Source: Paecilomyces variotii (taxonomy: Eukaryota). From it: a stretch of 64,000 nt of DNA. The stretch lies in NCBI GenBank assembly GCA_004022145.1, contig RCNU01000002.1; one strand, 5' to 3'. The translations under genes were made by a program, and so were the position numbers. The notes beneath the pieces were generated by a model. The model saw only the letters and a program-made list of their open reading frames with translations, had not been told where the DNA came from and ran no database searches. Position 1 is the stretch's first letter. Every line of letters begins with the position of its first letter. Shown here piece after piece: positions 12,863-25,375 of the stretch.

Positions 12863-14212
12863 TCAAGGTCTTGGTGGTGGAATTGGACAGGGATTCGGAC
12901 CATTTCCCACAACGTAGTTTATCAACTGATCTTCCCGGACCGTCAGCCTACTACCAAAAGTAACGCTACTACTAAAAGTAACGTGCAACCAGGAATTATC
13001 CATCACGTCATCGAAGCAGCCGCTCTCAATCTGCATCTGTGTCTCCCGCATCGCATCCAATATCTCGCCCACATACCCAAGCATGAAGAGCGTTTTCTTC
13101 ACAGACACCGTTCGAAGCGTGGAAGAGTGTCTTCGCAGAAACACCGTGAAGTCGGGAACGGACACCCCAAAGCCCTGCACGGTCAGAACTCGCAAATTGG
13201 GGAAATACGCCTCTCTGTTGATAGGGACCATTGTGATTCTGATTCCGAAACCAGTAGCCTTGCCCCCGAAAGGGGAACCTGATTCAGAACAATCTTTGAA
13301 TCTCAGATTGAGCGACTCCAACTTCGTGCAGTATCTGTTCAAATCCCAAGCTTTCATGTCCATTCGAGGTTCGCCCCTATCATGCCAGTTATAGGGAGGA
13401 GGATGGGGACTGAACAGTGTGATATCAAGACGCTGGACATGCGGTAAAGAGCTGCGCAGATGAGATCCCCTCGCTAGAAGCATGTTGATCGCGTTGCAGT
13501 TCCCTGAATACGCCAGTATCGACAGCTCCTTGCACGGCATCAAGCATTGCAACGCGACTTTGATCGGCCATCCCCCAACCGCATATTGCGAGGGCGCTCT
13601 CTTGCTGAGCAGATAGAAAGGTAGCGCCCACGTCCCGTACTTATACAGCATTCCCGATTTCAATCTCAGCGAAAGCGGTATAGTTGCCATGTCCCATTCA
13701 CTCTGAATCGTGGAACACTTCTCGATAGTGAACCTCTGCAGGGCTTCCCGAAGCCGCTTGACATGCGAGTCCATATCCTTCGACAGCTGCGCCTTCAACG
13801 CAGATTGCGCCGCATACAACTGCGCATGCACATCCTTAAAGGTCCTGCATTGGACATGATCCAGCGGATACAGAGCCAGGCCGAAATGTAGCATGAACTC
13901 GAACTCGTTGGTCAACGAACCCTGGATTTCTCGAAGGTCCCAGATGATCTCGTGAACGAATGTGCGGAGTTTCTCGTCCTTCGAGATCCTGATGACGTTG
14001 TTGTAGGAATCGGTGCAGAAGGTGATGTACAACTTCCGGAAGAGATGTCTGGTTGTTAATTGTGCGTATTTTCTGTTCGTGAGCCGGAATTGTTTCAGGT
14101 ATAGTGGGCTCAGGGACTCGCAGATCATATCGATGACTTCGATGGGGAGGTCATTTAGATTAGATTTCATGGTCATCGATATCGGAATCGGGGGTTCTCT
14201 TTCATTTGGCAT
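12863..14212 (-). CDS. F-box domain protein with divergent LRR-like C-terminal region, intronless
   Basis: 449-aa ORF; N-terminal F-box motif LNDLPIEVIDMICESLSPLYLKQFRLTNRK; later LxxLxL repeats (FPNLRVLTV, STLRTVSV). Confidence 0.8.
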   Translation of the reverse strand: MPNEREPPIPISMTMKSNLNDLPIEVIDMICESLSPLYLKQFRLTNRKYAQLTTRHLFRKLYITFCTDSYNNVIRISKDEKLRTFVHEIIWDLREIQGSLTNEFEFMLHFGLALYPLDHVQCRTFKDVHAQLYAAQSALKAQLSKDMDSHVKRLREALQRFTIEKCSTIQSEWDMATIPLSLRLKSGMLYKYGTWALPFYLLSKRAPSQYAVGGWPIKVALQCLMPCKELSILAYSGNCNAINMLLARGSHLRSSLPHVQRLDITLFSPHPPPYNWHDRGEPRMDMKAWDLNRYCTKLESLNLRFKDCSESGSPFGGKATGFGIRITMVPINREAYFPNLRVLTVQGFGVSVPDFTVFLRRHSSTLRTVSVKKTLFMLGYVGEILDAMRETQMQIESGCFDDVMDNSWLHVTFSSSVTFGSRLTVREDQLINYVVGNGPNPCPIPPPRP

Positions 14213-14853
14213 CTTGTATGTGGATATGGACGAGCTCGAGTCGAATGATGAGATTGCTAGAAGTGATGAGACGAGATGAGAGGAGAAATTTCGATGAATT
14301 AGGACGCGTTGTGAGTGAAAAACATAGAATAGAGACGCGTGGTTAGGTTGTCAAAGAAAGCAGTGTCAGTAAAAAGCAGCAGTGGTGCTAGCATAACACA
14401 TCAACGAAAACAGTAGGTACGTCGTGTAGTCACGAGAAGCCCTTCAACTGCAGCAGTGCAAGTTATTACGGCCACGTAGCATTTGCTTTAAGTGAAAAAC
14501 CAGGGGAAATCAACCGTCATTAATGGCAAAGCTCGAAGGAAGTAAATATACTGATTAAGACAGTATTCACGTGCTCGAAGCCAACGAAGTGAGTGAGAGA
14601 AGAGTAACGAGTTCCCTTAATACGGAGTCCTGGAAAAAGACTTTAGAATCTATCTAGCTTTGATATAGTACTCTAGAAGCAAGACTTCAGATTAACCCTA
14701 GGGACATGTCTGACTCCAGGCAGACAAAGAGCATATAGATGATGGCGTTCATAATATTCGTATTATCAGATCAGCAGTAATAGGTGTATCAGTGGCCACA
14801 TCATATGCCCAGCTACCCTGAAATAGGTACCAGTTTACATTGAAGATCAAAAA

Positions 14854-16647
14854 CTAGGTATGCTTCCACCAGATCTTCTCTCCTTTGGCTGTCATGGCAT
14901 CTTCGGCTTCGATTCCCATCAAGTTCACCGAACCGTCAGAACTCAACTGGAACTCAACGCGGGTCGCGGTATTAAGTTCCCAGAAGTCGGCAATCTGGAC
15001 CCAAAACGTACCTGTGATATGATACAAGCCGAAGACTGTATCCTTAGTATATTCGTTGCTGTTGACGACCGAGCCGCAGAGATCCGGGGAGGTCTTGTTC
15101 AAAGTTGAAGGAATTGGAGCACTACGTTTGGGACAGTTGGTAGAAATATTAAGGTCTGGGTAGGCTGGGTGAGAATAGATACCCTCGTAGGCGGAGAGTT
15201 TAAGGGGATTCGGCAGTGGAGGGTCGGGAACTGTTGGGTAGAGTAGTGAAATAATGTTGTCCGGTAGGTGAGTTTGGTTGATCATCGCATCGGCTCTATG
15301 TGTTATATCAGCATATACCGCTGGTGAAAACTAGCAACATCCCTTGTAGATCAATTGCAACGGGTGAAAGATCGAGGTATACCTTGAACGCCAATCGAAC
15401 CGCTCTTGAACAGGTATACCCAATTCCTCATCAATAAGATGATAAGCAAGGATATCTGCCGCCGCAATGGTCCCAACCATGTAATTTCCCAATATAGCAA
15501 GCCCAAACTTGCGTGACGGCACGAGAACCACGGATGCCCCATAACCATATTGTGCTCCGTCATGGGAAACCAGCATCTGGCCACCGTAGGTCTGCAACAA
15601 CCATCCTAGGCCATACAGCTCGGGTGACTGAAATGGTTCAGCCACATTGGGGCGCACAATTGAATGGGCACCTAGAAGCATGGCGTAGTTTTCTTCTGAA
15701 ACAGGTGATCTGCGATGCAAGATAGCGGAGATCCATTTTGCATAGTCTGCCGCAGACGTAAGGATGTTTCCTGCTCCGCGGACTGTCTCCGAATAGACTC
15801 TGTTGGTGGGAATGATATTGCCATCAAAATCTACAGAGTACCCCTGAGATATATCCCTATGCGCAGCCTGTGCATGAGAGAGTGAGAGGTACGTCTCCGA
15901 CATGTTTAATGGTCCCCACAGATTCCGAGCCAGAAAAGAATATAGTGACTGGTTTGTCTTAGTCTCTATGAGGTGCGCCGCTGTGCTGTACATAAGGTTA
16001 CAGTATTGCCATTGTGTGCGCGGGGAAGCCGTGAGAGGGAGATATTTCATCGACTGGACGACTTCCTGGAGAGTGAGGTTTGCCTTCAAGACCCAGTCAT
16101 GGCGAGGAAGACCTGAACGGTGTGATAGCATATCGACAATGGTCGTGTGGGCCGTGGACCAGGTATCACTCAAACCAAAGTCTGCAGGAAGGAGAGAATG
16201 GATGGTAGTGTCCCATTGGATCTCTGGATAGTTTACATTGTCGTCAATGAGTAGTGAGATGGCAGCTGCCGTGTGAGCTTTTGAGGTGCTCCCAGCGAAG
16301 AAGAGAGTGTGTCCAGTCACTCGCTGTGAGGCTTCAATGTCTGACAGACCATAGCCCTTGGGCTGAATTAGCACCAATTTTACGTGTATGCGACATGTAG
16401 GATTTCATTTGGCGCAATGGTGCGAGATACGATAGAAACTTACTTTAGTAAAGATCTCATTATCTCGAACTACTGCAATTCCTACGCCAGGGATCTGGAA
16501 ATGCTCGAGTGCCCATTCAACCTTGTCGTCGAAGGCATCATTCAATGGTGTTTGCGATTGATCCTTTTCTGCTATAAGAGGTTGCTGAAGGGACGCTAGG
16601 CTAAGTGTGAGGATCTCAAGAGATATTAATAGCGAAAACAAGTACAT
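14854..16647 (-). CDS. Secreted beta-lactamase/penicillin-binding-protein family serine hydrolase (AmpC/peptidase S12-like), 3 exons
   Basis: Signal peptide MYLFSLLISLEILTLSLA; IPGVGIAVV; catalytic SxxK (FFAGSTSKAHT), LSHRSGLP, YxN (WQYCNLMY), HxG (SHDGAQYG); C-terminal AYEGIYSHPAY block typical of DUF3471. Confidence 0.9.
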
Positions 16648-17339
16648 ATTGGATTGAATGTCAAGGTGATTATGCTGGAAAATTAACAAGATTTTTTTGA
16701 TGTGATTATAATCTATTCTCAACTTGGATCTCTTTATCTCCAGCAGTCGGTCTTTTCAGGCAACCGCATTTAGCGCTGGTCCGGGACAAGGATCTATATG
16801 GAAGATTCGGCGATATCATATATCCGATAAATCTTCACTACTATTTAGAACCGAAGATGGAAGAAAACTCCTGATGATCATTGCTTCTCCTCATACCTGC
16901 TACAGATGGGCGCTTGTCTAACATAATATGTTTTCTGTCCGCAATATCAGAGCATGCTCACAAGCAATTAACGAAGGCTAAAGCAAAGAAACTTCAAGTA
17001 TCTCATATTTCTTTTTTCACGCTACTTATTGGGACGCGGGACGGCGAGAGAAGTCGACTCATTTGTAGTCCTCCTCCAACGTGGCAGAAACATGCACAGC
17101 TACACTGGACCAGCCAGTCAGCTGTCCGTTGAAACGGCATATCCAAACATATTCGAACATTAGACATAGGCAGTAGCGAAAAGCTACGTTCTTCAGACAT
17201 GACTATAATACATCAACTCTCTCAGCAAAGTTGATCCGATAAGAGACACCTGTGTTACCTATTTTTGCCATATTAGAAGCAGAGAACCACGTCGAAAATT
17301 TCCAACCACACTGTGAGAAGGGCAGCTATCCACTGATTT

Positions 17340-18755
17340 TCATGCCTTCGGTGCAGCCTTCGTAGGGGGAGATTTCAAAACCCCAAAGACGAGGGTACAG
17401 ACCGCCAACATGGCAATGCCACCAGTCGTGTATGCGACTTCTTTTCCGCCCCACCAAAACAGCGAGCAAAACAATATCGGACCAGCTGCTCTGCCGAACT
17501 GACCCCAGCTTCGGAGTCTTCCCAACACGATTCCGCGTTCGCCCTCTCCGGCCTCCAAGCTGCCCAAACTATTCAAGCCCGTCACGACGGTTGCGCTGGT
17601 GATAGCTAGAAGGCTGCCAGCTGCGTAGAGACCCGAAATCGTGGAGACTCGGGCAAGCAGAAAGAAGGAAACCGTACAAGCCAGAACACCGGCACGGATA
17701 GTGACGAGAGGCGGCAGGCGACGAACAACCGTGCCCTGGAGAAGAGAAGCGATGAGGCCCATAAGTGAGAGGAGACGACCATTGAGGGCGGAGGGACTGG
17801 ATTTATGTCCAGTGTACAGAGTCGCCGTGAGAAAAGGAAGTGAGAACTCCAGACCAGAGAAAGGAAGGAGAAATAGTAGATGAGTGATGTTCAGCAGTGT
17901 AGGATGATTGGTATATTGACGAGGACTAGGGGCGGTTTTCGTAGCTTTCTCATTCCCGTTGGACGTTCCATTGGAAGCAGATTGCACATTATTTCCCTTG
18001 TTCAACAGTCGCGGATGCGTCTCAGGGAGGCGTAGATATAGGTAGAGGGTCTCGAGAACGATCAGGAACAAGGAGAACCCGGCAGCAGTCGCAAACGGAT
18101 TGGCCGCCACGGTGGTGATATTCGATAGCGCAGCTCCCAGAGCCGGTCCAAATGTAAATGCGATGCTGAAGCAGGCGCCAACAATGGCCATTGTTGCGCC
18201 GCGCTGACTCTCATCACTGATATCCGTTGCGACCGCGTGAGCAATCTGCACATTCCCCTCACTCAACCCACCGACAATGCGACTGGCAAGGAAAGTTCGG
18301 AAGTCCGTAGCAGCAACCCAGAGAGCAACGCTCAGAATATTACCAGCCATCGACCACAACAGCGCCGTCCGTCTGCCGCGTCGATCGGATAAGCGGCCTA
18401 TGAATGGCGCAGCAATGGCCTGGAGAAGGGAGAACAAGGACCCCAGCGCACCACCAAGCAGGACAATGTCATAGCGAGAATCAATCGGTCTAGCGAAGGC
18501 ATTTTTGTACTCATTAAGGTAGTGGAAGATCCTATTAAGGAGAGATGTCGGAGAGGGGTCTCGACTGCGGTAGAATGCGAGTAGGGAGGGGAACAGAGGC
18601 AAAATGAAAGTAAACGATATCTGCGAAAGACAAGTTAGCGCTATACAAGATGAAAAAAAGGGAATCCAGAAGCTCACCAGGTCCAGAAGTAGCGATATGA
18701 ATAAAACCTTTAGAATGCTCCTGCGCTGGGCAGGAGAAACTGTTGTTGACGGCAT
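17340..18755 (-). CDS. MFS transporter, tetracycline-efflux/MFSD10-like; one 57-nt intron (18621-18677)
   Basis: MFS motif A GRLSDRRGRR; ASRIVGGLSEGNVQIA; FTFGPALGA; about 12 hydrophobic segments. Confidence 0.92.
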   Translation of the reverse strand: MPSTTVSPAQRRSILKVLFISLLLDLVSFWIPFFSSCIALTCLSQISFTFILPLFPSLLAFYRSRDPSPTSLLNRIFHYLNEYKNAFARPIDSRYDIVLLGGALGSLFSLLQAIAAPFIGRLSDRRGRRTALLWSMAGNILSVALWVAATDFRTFLASRIVGGLSEGNVQIAHAVATDISDESQRGATMAIVGACFSIAFTFGPALGAALSNITTVAANPFATAAGFSLFLIVLETLYLYLRLPETHPRLLNKGNNVQSASNGTSNGNEKATKTAPSPRQYTNHPTLLNITHLLFLLPFSGLEFSLPFLTATLYTGHKSSPSALNGRLLSLMGLIASLLQGTVVRRLPPLVTIRAGVLACTVSFFLLARVSTISGLYAAGSLLAITSATVVTGLNSLGSLEAGEGERGIVLGRLRSWGQFGRAAGPILFCSLFWWGGKEVAYTTGGIAMLAVCTLVFGVLKSPPTKAAPKA

Positions 18756-19919
18756 CGTCGCAAGCTGGTGACTCGGTGGCTCAAGAAGTATGCTGGAAGA
18801 AAAGAAAATAGAGAAGAAGAATCAACCCAAGGACATGTATCCAGCACGCCACGGGGAGAGAAAAGGAAACAATAGGTCAAATGTTAATACAGGACAGACA
18901 CCGATAATGAGAGAAGTTTCGCGAGAGGACAATGTTCGGATCCTCATTAGCAAGCATTTGATAGTTGATCTTCAAGCTGTTTCAGGCACGGACGGTGTTT
19001 CGTCACACCAGAACACGCTATTGTTTTAGCCGCGTTTCGACGAATTAACTAGACTACATATGATCTTGTCGTATAGCATAATTAATCGATCATGTCCAAA
19101 GCTCCCAACCAACTTGTCCATGGCGATTTCTCCACATCCAACCATGCCTCAATGATTGTTGGGATTGCTAGGATTCTTACAGCTGCTACGAAAGGCGCCG
19201 TCACATATAGCAATGGTGTGTCATAAGTATGGCAGCTACCAAAGCTTACAAGTCTTGGTACATTAATGGAAAATAGCTTCGTAGCATCCGAATCCGATCG
19301 TGATATTTCGTTCCTCATGAATGAACCGCTCACGCAATCCCATCCGCGCGGCCAACCGATAACTGCCTCCCTGCTGACATCAACCTCCGCTCTCAACCAT
19401 ACCGAAACCAGCAGAGCAGGCTGGAAAGCACGGAGGCAAAATGAAAATAAAATACATGAGTCCATAATAAAACTGCAAATGCGAGTAACATGAAGAGAAC
19501 ATGGGGCCTTGGCCGCTCACTAAAAAGAGGTAAAGGGGAATCTTTCTAGAGAAACACAAACGGAGAAAAGAGAAGAAGCGGGAAAAGACACTATGCACGC
19601 TCAGTAATCGCAGATGGTCATACACATCAAGTAGTAACTTTTTGAGTCTGAAAATCATAGGGAGTCGAAACCAGAAGGATTATATCCTCCCGAAGTTCGC
19701 CCAGAGACCTCATATGCAACTCATGTTTTACCTTTTTTGGGCCCGAAAGAACATGCTTCATAACCGACAACGCCGACAGAGGATGGACAAGAAGAGACAA
19801 GTCAGAGGAGGAGCAACACAGGTGGCCAGACGCGGGGCACGAGGACTGTAGGCGCGATCGGTATTCACTGCGACGATGGGAGTCAAGTTTTAGACCCGGA
19901 GGATGGTGATGTAAAGCGT

Positions 19920-21535
19920 CTACTGCGCAGCAATAGGGGCGGCAGATCCGTTAGAATTCTGTTGACCACCGAAGCCACCTCGTCCGCGTCCACCGCGGAA
20001 CTCGCCGCGGCCACGGCCTCTGCCCCTGAATTCACCTCGGCCACCGCGGCCACGGAATCCATCACCGCGTCCACGTCCACGTCCTCGACCACGTTGGCTG
20101 GGCTGTCTCTGGTGGTGAACAACCGGTTCGAAGCCATCGCCCTCTCCCTTGGCAGGGGCTGCGGTAGGCTTAGGGACGTCCTCAGCCCAGTTGTTAGAAC
20201 CGTGGACGGCCGCAGGAGTGTTCTGAATACCGGTATCGGTCTCAGTGGGATCGCGCGGCACTTCGACCCAGCCATCAGCGTTGGTTGAAGCTGCCAAAGA
20301 ATCAGAAGCTTGCGGGTCCCAGGAATGTGCCTGAGCATTGGCTCCATCTTCAGCGATAGTCTGAGGAGGAGCTGCGGACGTTGGCTCTGGCTGCGAAGCC
20401 GCAGAGTCCGCAAAGCCATTGGAGGTAGCACTCTGGACGGCCACAGAGCTGTCCTGGAGTTCAGTTGCGCCAGCATTGGCGAGAGTAGGATCGGAGGCCG
20501 CGGTAGTCTCGGCAGCTGGGGCCTCTTCAGTCCAGGCACCCTCCACGGGAGCCGGAGCATACTCCTCAGAAGCCTGCTTCACTTTGCCGTCTAGGTAGCC
20601 GCTGTCAGGATACAAGTGTAGACAATCTCGTGGGTCGGAGACACTTACAAGATACTTCTAGCGCTTCCCCTTCGACGCTAATGATATTCTCTTCCACACC
20701 TTCAATCAGCTTTAGCATTGAGTCGACCGCTTCGTCAGTGCCACCGTAGACCTGGAACAGGACACCCTCGAAGGCACGGCTCTCAGCAGAGGTCTCATCA
20801 CCAGCACGTCTCATGGCGGCAGCAGCACGCAAGAACTTGCTCAAGATCAGAAGTTGGTCTCTGAAGCTCTTTTTGTTGGACTCTGCTGCCTCAGCGAGAA
20901 CCTTCTCTCGCACTGCATCCAATTCTTCCTTATGTACCTTCTCCAGAGAACTCTTCTGATTGGCAAGACGTTCCTCATAGTGAGAGGCAAACTGCTTGTA
21001 CTGAGCGATCTGTTCCTCGAGCTGTGCAACGTTGGCTTGCAGGGCTGGTTTCTTCAGTGCCTGTGCCTTCTGGTCCTGGTTGATCTTCTTCTCCGCGACG
21101 AGCTCATCGAGCGACTTTCCGGGATTCTCTGCAATAATACTGTCGACTTTAGAGGTGGAGTTCTATGAGGAAGACAAGTCACGTTAGTGGGAAGCACAAT
21201 GGCCGCGTACGGTGTCGGTGACGTACCAGCTTCTTCACAGCGTTGCGCAAGCTCCTACGGAGAAAATAAGTCAGCATACTGTCCGACACAGTAAGGAATA
21301 CCCTTAAAGGAGGGTATACAAAGGACACTTACTTCTGGAGGTCTCTCATAACGGCGCTCTCAAACGAGTCAGTAGCTCCATTGACCGACTCCGTTGGAGT
21401 CGAAGGAGTGTCAGGAATCGAAGCTGGGGCTGCATTGGAAACATTGTTGGAACCGGAGCTCTTTGCGCGCTTCTTCTTAGCACCCTTAGGCTCTGCAGGC
21501 GCTGGGGGGTTGTTGGTAATGGTGACTGCAGACAT
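19920..21535 (-). CDS. Caprin-like RNA-binding protein with N-terminal helical domain and C-terminal RGG repeats, multi-exon
   Basis: Spliced KSLRNAVKKL..ELVAEKKINQDQKAQALKKPALQANVAQLEEQ (caprin-like NQDQ helix); acidic Pro/Ala linker; tail RGRGRGRGDGFRGRGGRGEFRGRGRGRGEFRGGRGRGG. Confidence 0.7.
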
Positions 21536-22767
21536 TGTGATGGAGGTGAGTCGGTTGATGTTGTTGGGGGATAATGGAGCGAAAAGAGAACACCAGTTCT
21601 GGGGGAGGTAGATAGGAAAAACGACGATATTAACTAGTTAGTGATAGGTAGACGCGTGTATGTAAGCACAGCTGTAGGGCTGCTGGTGTCTGAGCTATTA
21701 TTATGGAGAATTGGAGATGTGGAAAGAGAAGCGGGAGATGGTGACGAGTGAGGTTTGGGCGAAGTCGAGCGAACCGGGCGGAGAAAAAGAGCTGCCACTT
21801 AAATAGAGCTCCGCCTTGGTCGCGTGGTTTTCTTTGTAGAGCATTTGTGTACACTGGGTTTCCCCCAACGACTCGCCCAGTATTAATATCGAGTGGCAGC
21901 AGCCCTTTAAAAATCGTACTACTAATATACTAGTCATTCATGATTTTCATGGGACAATCACACAAATACGACCAACTTCTTGGCCGAGCTTGCATATGTT
22001 TGTTGGAGATGGCCTACCTCCTAATGCTGCCCTTATCGAAGATATTTCCCCATGGATATAGGTCTCGACATACAAGAGAACGTACACCCCCTGAAATAAA
22101 ATGTGCTGTCTTCCCAAAACCTGGGCTTTGCACTGGTTGGGCCGGCCTTAGATGGCCTTGGGCTTACAGACATCTAGTAGCAAGTAGAGATCAATCTTCC
22201 CATGCAATCGTTTCAGTATTCGCCCATACTAGTCAAGCATGGCTATCTACCGCGATACCTTCTGCCGTTTTTTTTTTTACATATTGTCGTTGCTAGGTCT
22301 GCTGCTAGAGATGAAGGTCATGACTGGATGACGAGTGCACAGATCCTGTCTGACAATATGGATAGGAGGGTAGCAGGCCAAGTATTGATTTCATGATTCC
22401 CAGACATGGATGCCTATGGACGGGTAACCTACTTCGTTGGCAGATTGATGATTTTTCACCTGTAATCTGACTCCTCGACTGGTGGGAATGGACCCGACGG
22501 AATAGAATTAATACCGATGGGAATGAGACATTGGCGAGCACCACCTATGTAGCTGGGCTGGAGCTGGAGCTGAAGAGTTCCCATTGGTATCGCGTTTATA
22601 TTTCACGTTGCTTCAACTAGTCAACGTTGGGGGTATCATATCATAGACTCGAGGCGTTGTGCAAAATCCCGAAACTCCTTTATCCCAGGTACCCCAGAAA
22701 GAGAAACAATGTAGTCCGGCCATAGCGCCATAACAAACAAGATATAAAACACGTGTCGAAAAATCGA

Positions 22768-23235
22768 TCAACCTTTGAACTTGCGTAGGGTCATCTGCAA
22801 ACCCCATCAGTCAGTCTCACCGTAAGGCAAAAGGCGTGGGGACGAGGCGCAACCATACCTCAGTGACCTTCCGCACACTCTTTGCAGAGATACCTTTCTC
22901 CCCGGCTCGACGTGAACGTATAGATGCTTCGCGCATGAGTCTGACGAATAAACTTGTCAATCTCGATCCAAGGAGAGGTAGAGCGCATCAGGCTAATCTG
23001 CCTGATGAGCAGCGATCGCACTCACTCTTGCATGAAGAGCATGTAGTCAAGGAAGATCTGAAGAAATGAGATTTATTAGCAACTTGGAGGGGAAAACACC
23101 AAAGACAATAGCTGTAAAAGAGCCATGGATAGTGCTTACCAAGATATCCGCGTTCTTGCTGAGGCTCCGATTCGAATGCGCTTTGACGATGCGCTTAACC
23201 GTGGCGCGGGGATAGAGCTTTTGCGTCGCAACCAT
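22768..23235 (-). CDS. Histone-fold centromere protein CENP-W-like, 4 exons
   Basis: Spliced MVATQKLYPRATVKRIVKAHSNRSLSKNADIL-IFLDYMLFMQE-LMREASIRSRRAGEKGISAKSVRKVTE-MTLRKFKG*; short histone fold with C-terminal LRKFKG typical of CENP-W. Confidence 0.8.
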
Positions 23236-23640
23236 TTTCGTCTTCAAGAGGTGATTATAGACTCGAAGGCCACCTTGAAGGATATTGCAGCGATCTCGTC
23301 TTCAGGTAATAAAAGTGGTTGATGAGTTGTTGGGAAGCTCTCCCGCAAGTCGAGTTCTCTGTTTACATTCGTTTGTTCCGCGGCTGGGGTGGGTCTCGGG
23401 AGCATTTAGCGTGGGCAGATACGCCATGCACTTAGGTACCTCTGTACTCTATATTCATGCCGAATTAATTGTCCATGAATACTCCCATGTATGTTACTAC
23501 TGGTCGACTTAATCGAGTTCAATGCGTCGATTGCCACGAATTATTCCAACGATTGACATCGCAAAAAGAAACAGTTTTTTATCTTCATTGATCTACAGGC
23601 AGTTTCAATAAAATTAAACAATACAATACCAGATCGTAGT

Positions 23641-25037
23641 CTATCGCCGGAACCACTTCCACAGACATAATGCTGCGAGGGAACCTGTTGCTGCTCTCCA
23701 AGCCAGAAATACCCATACTGCAGTTCGAAGGCGGCCGTAATAACCTTTCAACAAGATCCCCACCGCATGGGAAGAGCCATCCCCGGATGCCTTTGCAGAT
23801 TCACCATAATACCTGCCGACGCCCATCCCGCCAATTCCGACTTCGTTAGGATCGTGCTTGGGATCAGAACCCTCGTCTTGGGCAATAGGTAGTGCAGCAG
23901 TCTGGCTATCTACTGCTGTCAGGTTTCCCAAGCTACCGGATTGTGCCTCAAGAGCATTGCGTTTGCGTAGGCTATACGTCAATATGCTCACAATTAAGCG
24001 CAAATCTGGAGTGGTAAATGTGGGATATTTCCAGAGCTGGACCGCATTATGTGGAGGTAGCATGTCCAAAAAGTCTGCTAAAATACCGAGGGTGAGACCC
24101 CACAATAAGAGCGGCCGGCCTCTGTCAGCAGAATCGGCTTGATTACTCAAATACCAGGATTTCCAGCCGTCAATCAGTGACAGGCTTCCTTGACTGCTCT
24201 TGTCTTCCGGAATGAAGCCAGGGATTGAGCTACAATGTATACTCTCTGTAGGAACGAGTCTTATAGCAGAGAACTCCATAAGACCCATCATAGAACGGCA
24301 GACAAACCGCGTGATGAAACCGCCTCTGGTGAGCCAGCGTTCAGACAAGTCGACGCGCTCCATGGTGCGCAGAGAAGGCGACAATAGCGCTCTCAGCGAG
24401 ACCCAGTGAGAAGATGCTACTTCAGTCGGCTGCAGCCGGAGCATAGGTGAATCAGTCGATGTCTGAAGAAAGATAAAGGGACATAGGACCATTAACCTAT
24501 GGAACTAGTTAGCATAGCTACTGATTCAGCGGAATACGGAACGCACGGCACACTGCCCCATGATGTGGTAACCACTCTTTCGGGAAGGTTTCCCACGAAA
24601 ATGTAATTACTGGTGGTCAAGTCAAGGCCTATCTCCTCTGAAGCTTCCCTCACTGCCGCTGCCTGGTCATCTGCATCTTCGGGGTCTCTCTTGCCTCCAG
24701 GGAGAGCAACATGGCCGGTCCAGCGGTCACCTGCTCTTGAGGCACGTTTGATAAATAAGACTTCCGGATCACCATGTTGGACCCAAGATTGGGAGAAGAA
24801 GTCATCAAGTTGCTCTATGACTGAAAGAGATCGATCCTCTGCACCAGATAGAGAAGACTCAGGCCAATGATGATAATTGGGCCTCACTCTGAGTATCAGC
24901 GCTACAGATGCACGCTTCTCGCAACTGGGCGGGTTTGAGACGTAAGGATATGGATTTTGATGAAGATCGACCAAGACCTTATGGAGAGCTCCCGATAAGG
25001 AACTCGAAGATTGTTCTTCGGACGTGACTGGAGCCAT
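23641..25037 (-). CDS. Nudix hydrolase (CoA-pyrophosphatase-like subfamily) with C-terminal transmembrane helix, 2 exons
   Basis: EVLFIKRASRAGDRWTGHVALPGGKRDPEDADDQAAAVREASEEIGL (Nudix box); LLWGLTLGIL; hydrophobic C-terminus. Confidence 0.9.
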
Positions 25038-25369
25038 TGGAGAGGCTGCTATATGAAAGGAAATTCGCCAGGGAAAGTAAATTTTGAAAGCAAGGAATCT
25101 CGGGATTCTGATCTATGGAGTCCTCTATCGGTGATACACAAGGGAAGAATACTTAATGTCAAATCAATAATCTTGAAGTTCTGTTCACGGGGCCAGCGTT
25201 GGGAATTCCCAACTTGGAGAACCCCGGTTTTCGGAGATTGATTCTTCCGGTCCCGTGTGTAGCTTCTTGCCGTATCTGGACTAGCGTTGACCCCATGGGT
25301 TCCAGACCGAGTGAGCCTCAGTGAGGTCACCGTACTTGCCTCTGATTGGCCCAGTCACCAGCCCGTGTA

Positions 25370-25375
25370 CACGTG
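25370..25375. promoter_or_regulatory. E-box CACGTG, candidate Pho4/PalcA/NUC-1 site upstream of the VTC gene
   Basis: CACGTG about 200 nt before the VTC ATG; VTC genes are established PHO-regulon targets in fungi. Confidence 0.45.

Noticed and set aside
14854-18755. Beta-lactamase-like gene plus TetA-like MFS read as a bacterial resistance cassette or secondary-metabolite cluster
   Set aside because: Both carry spliceosomal introns and belong to common fungal families; there is no PKS, NRPS, cluster regulator or mobile element in the window.
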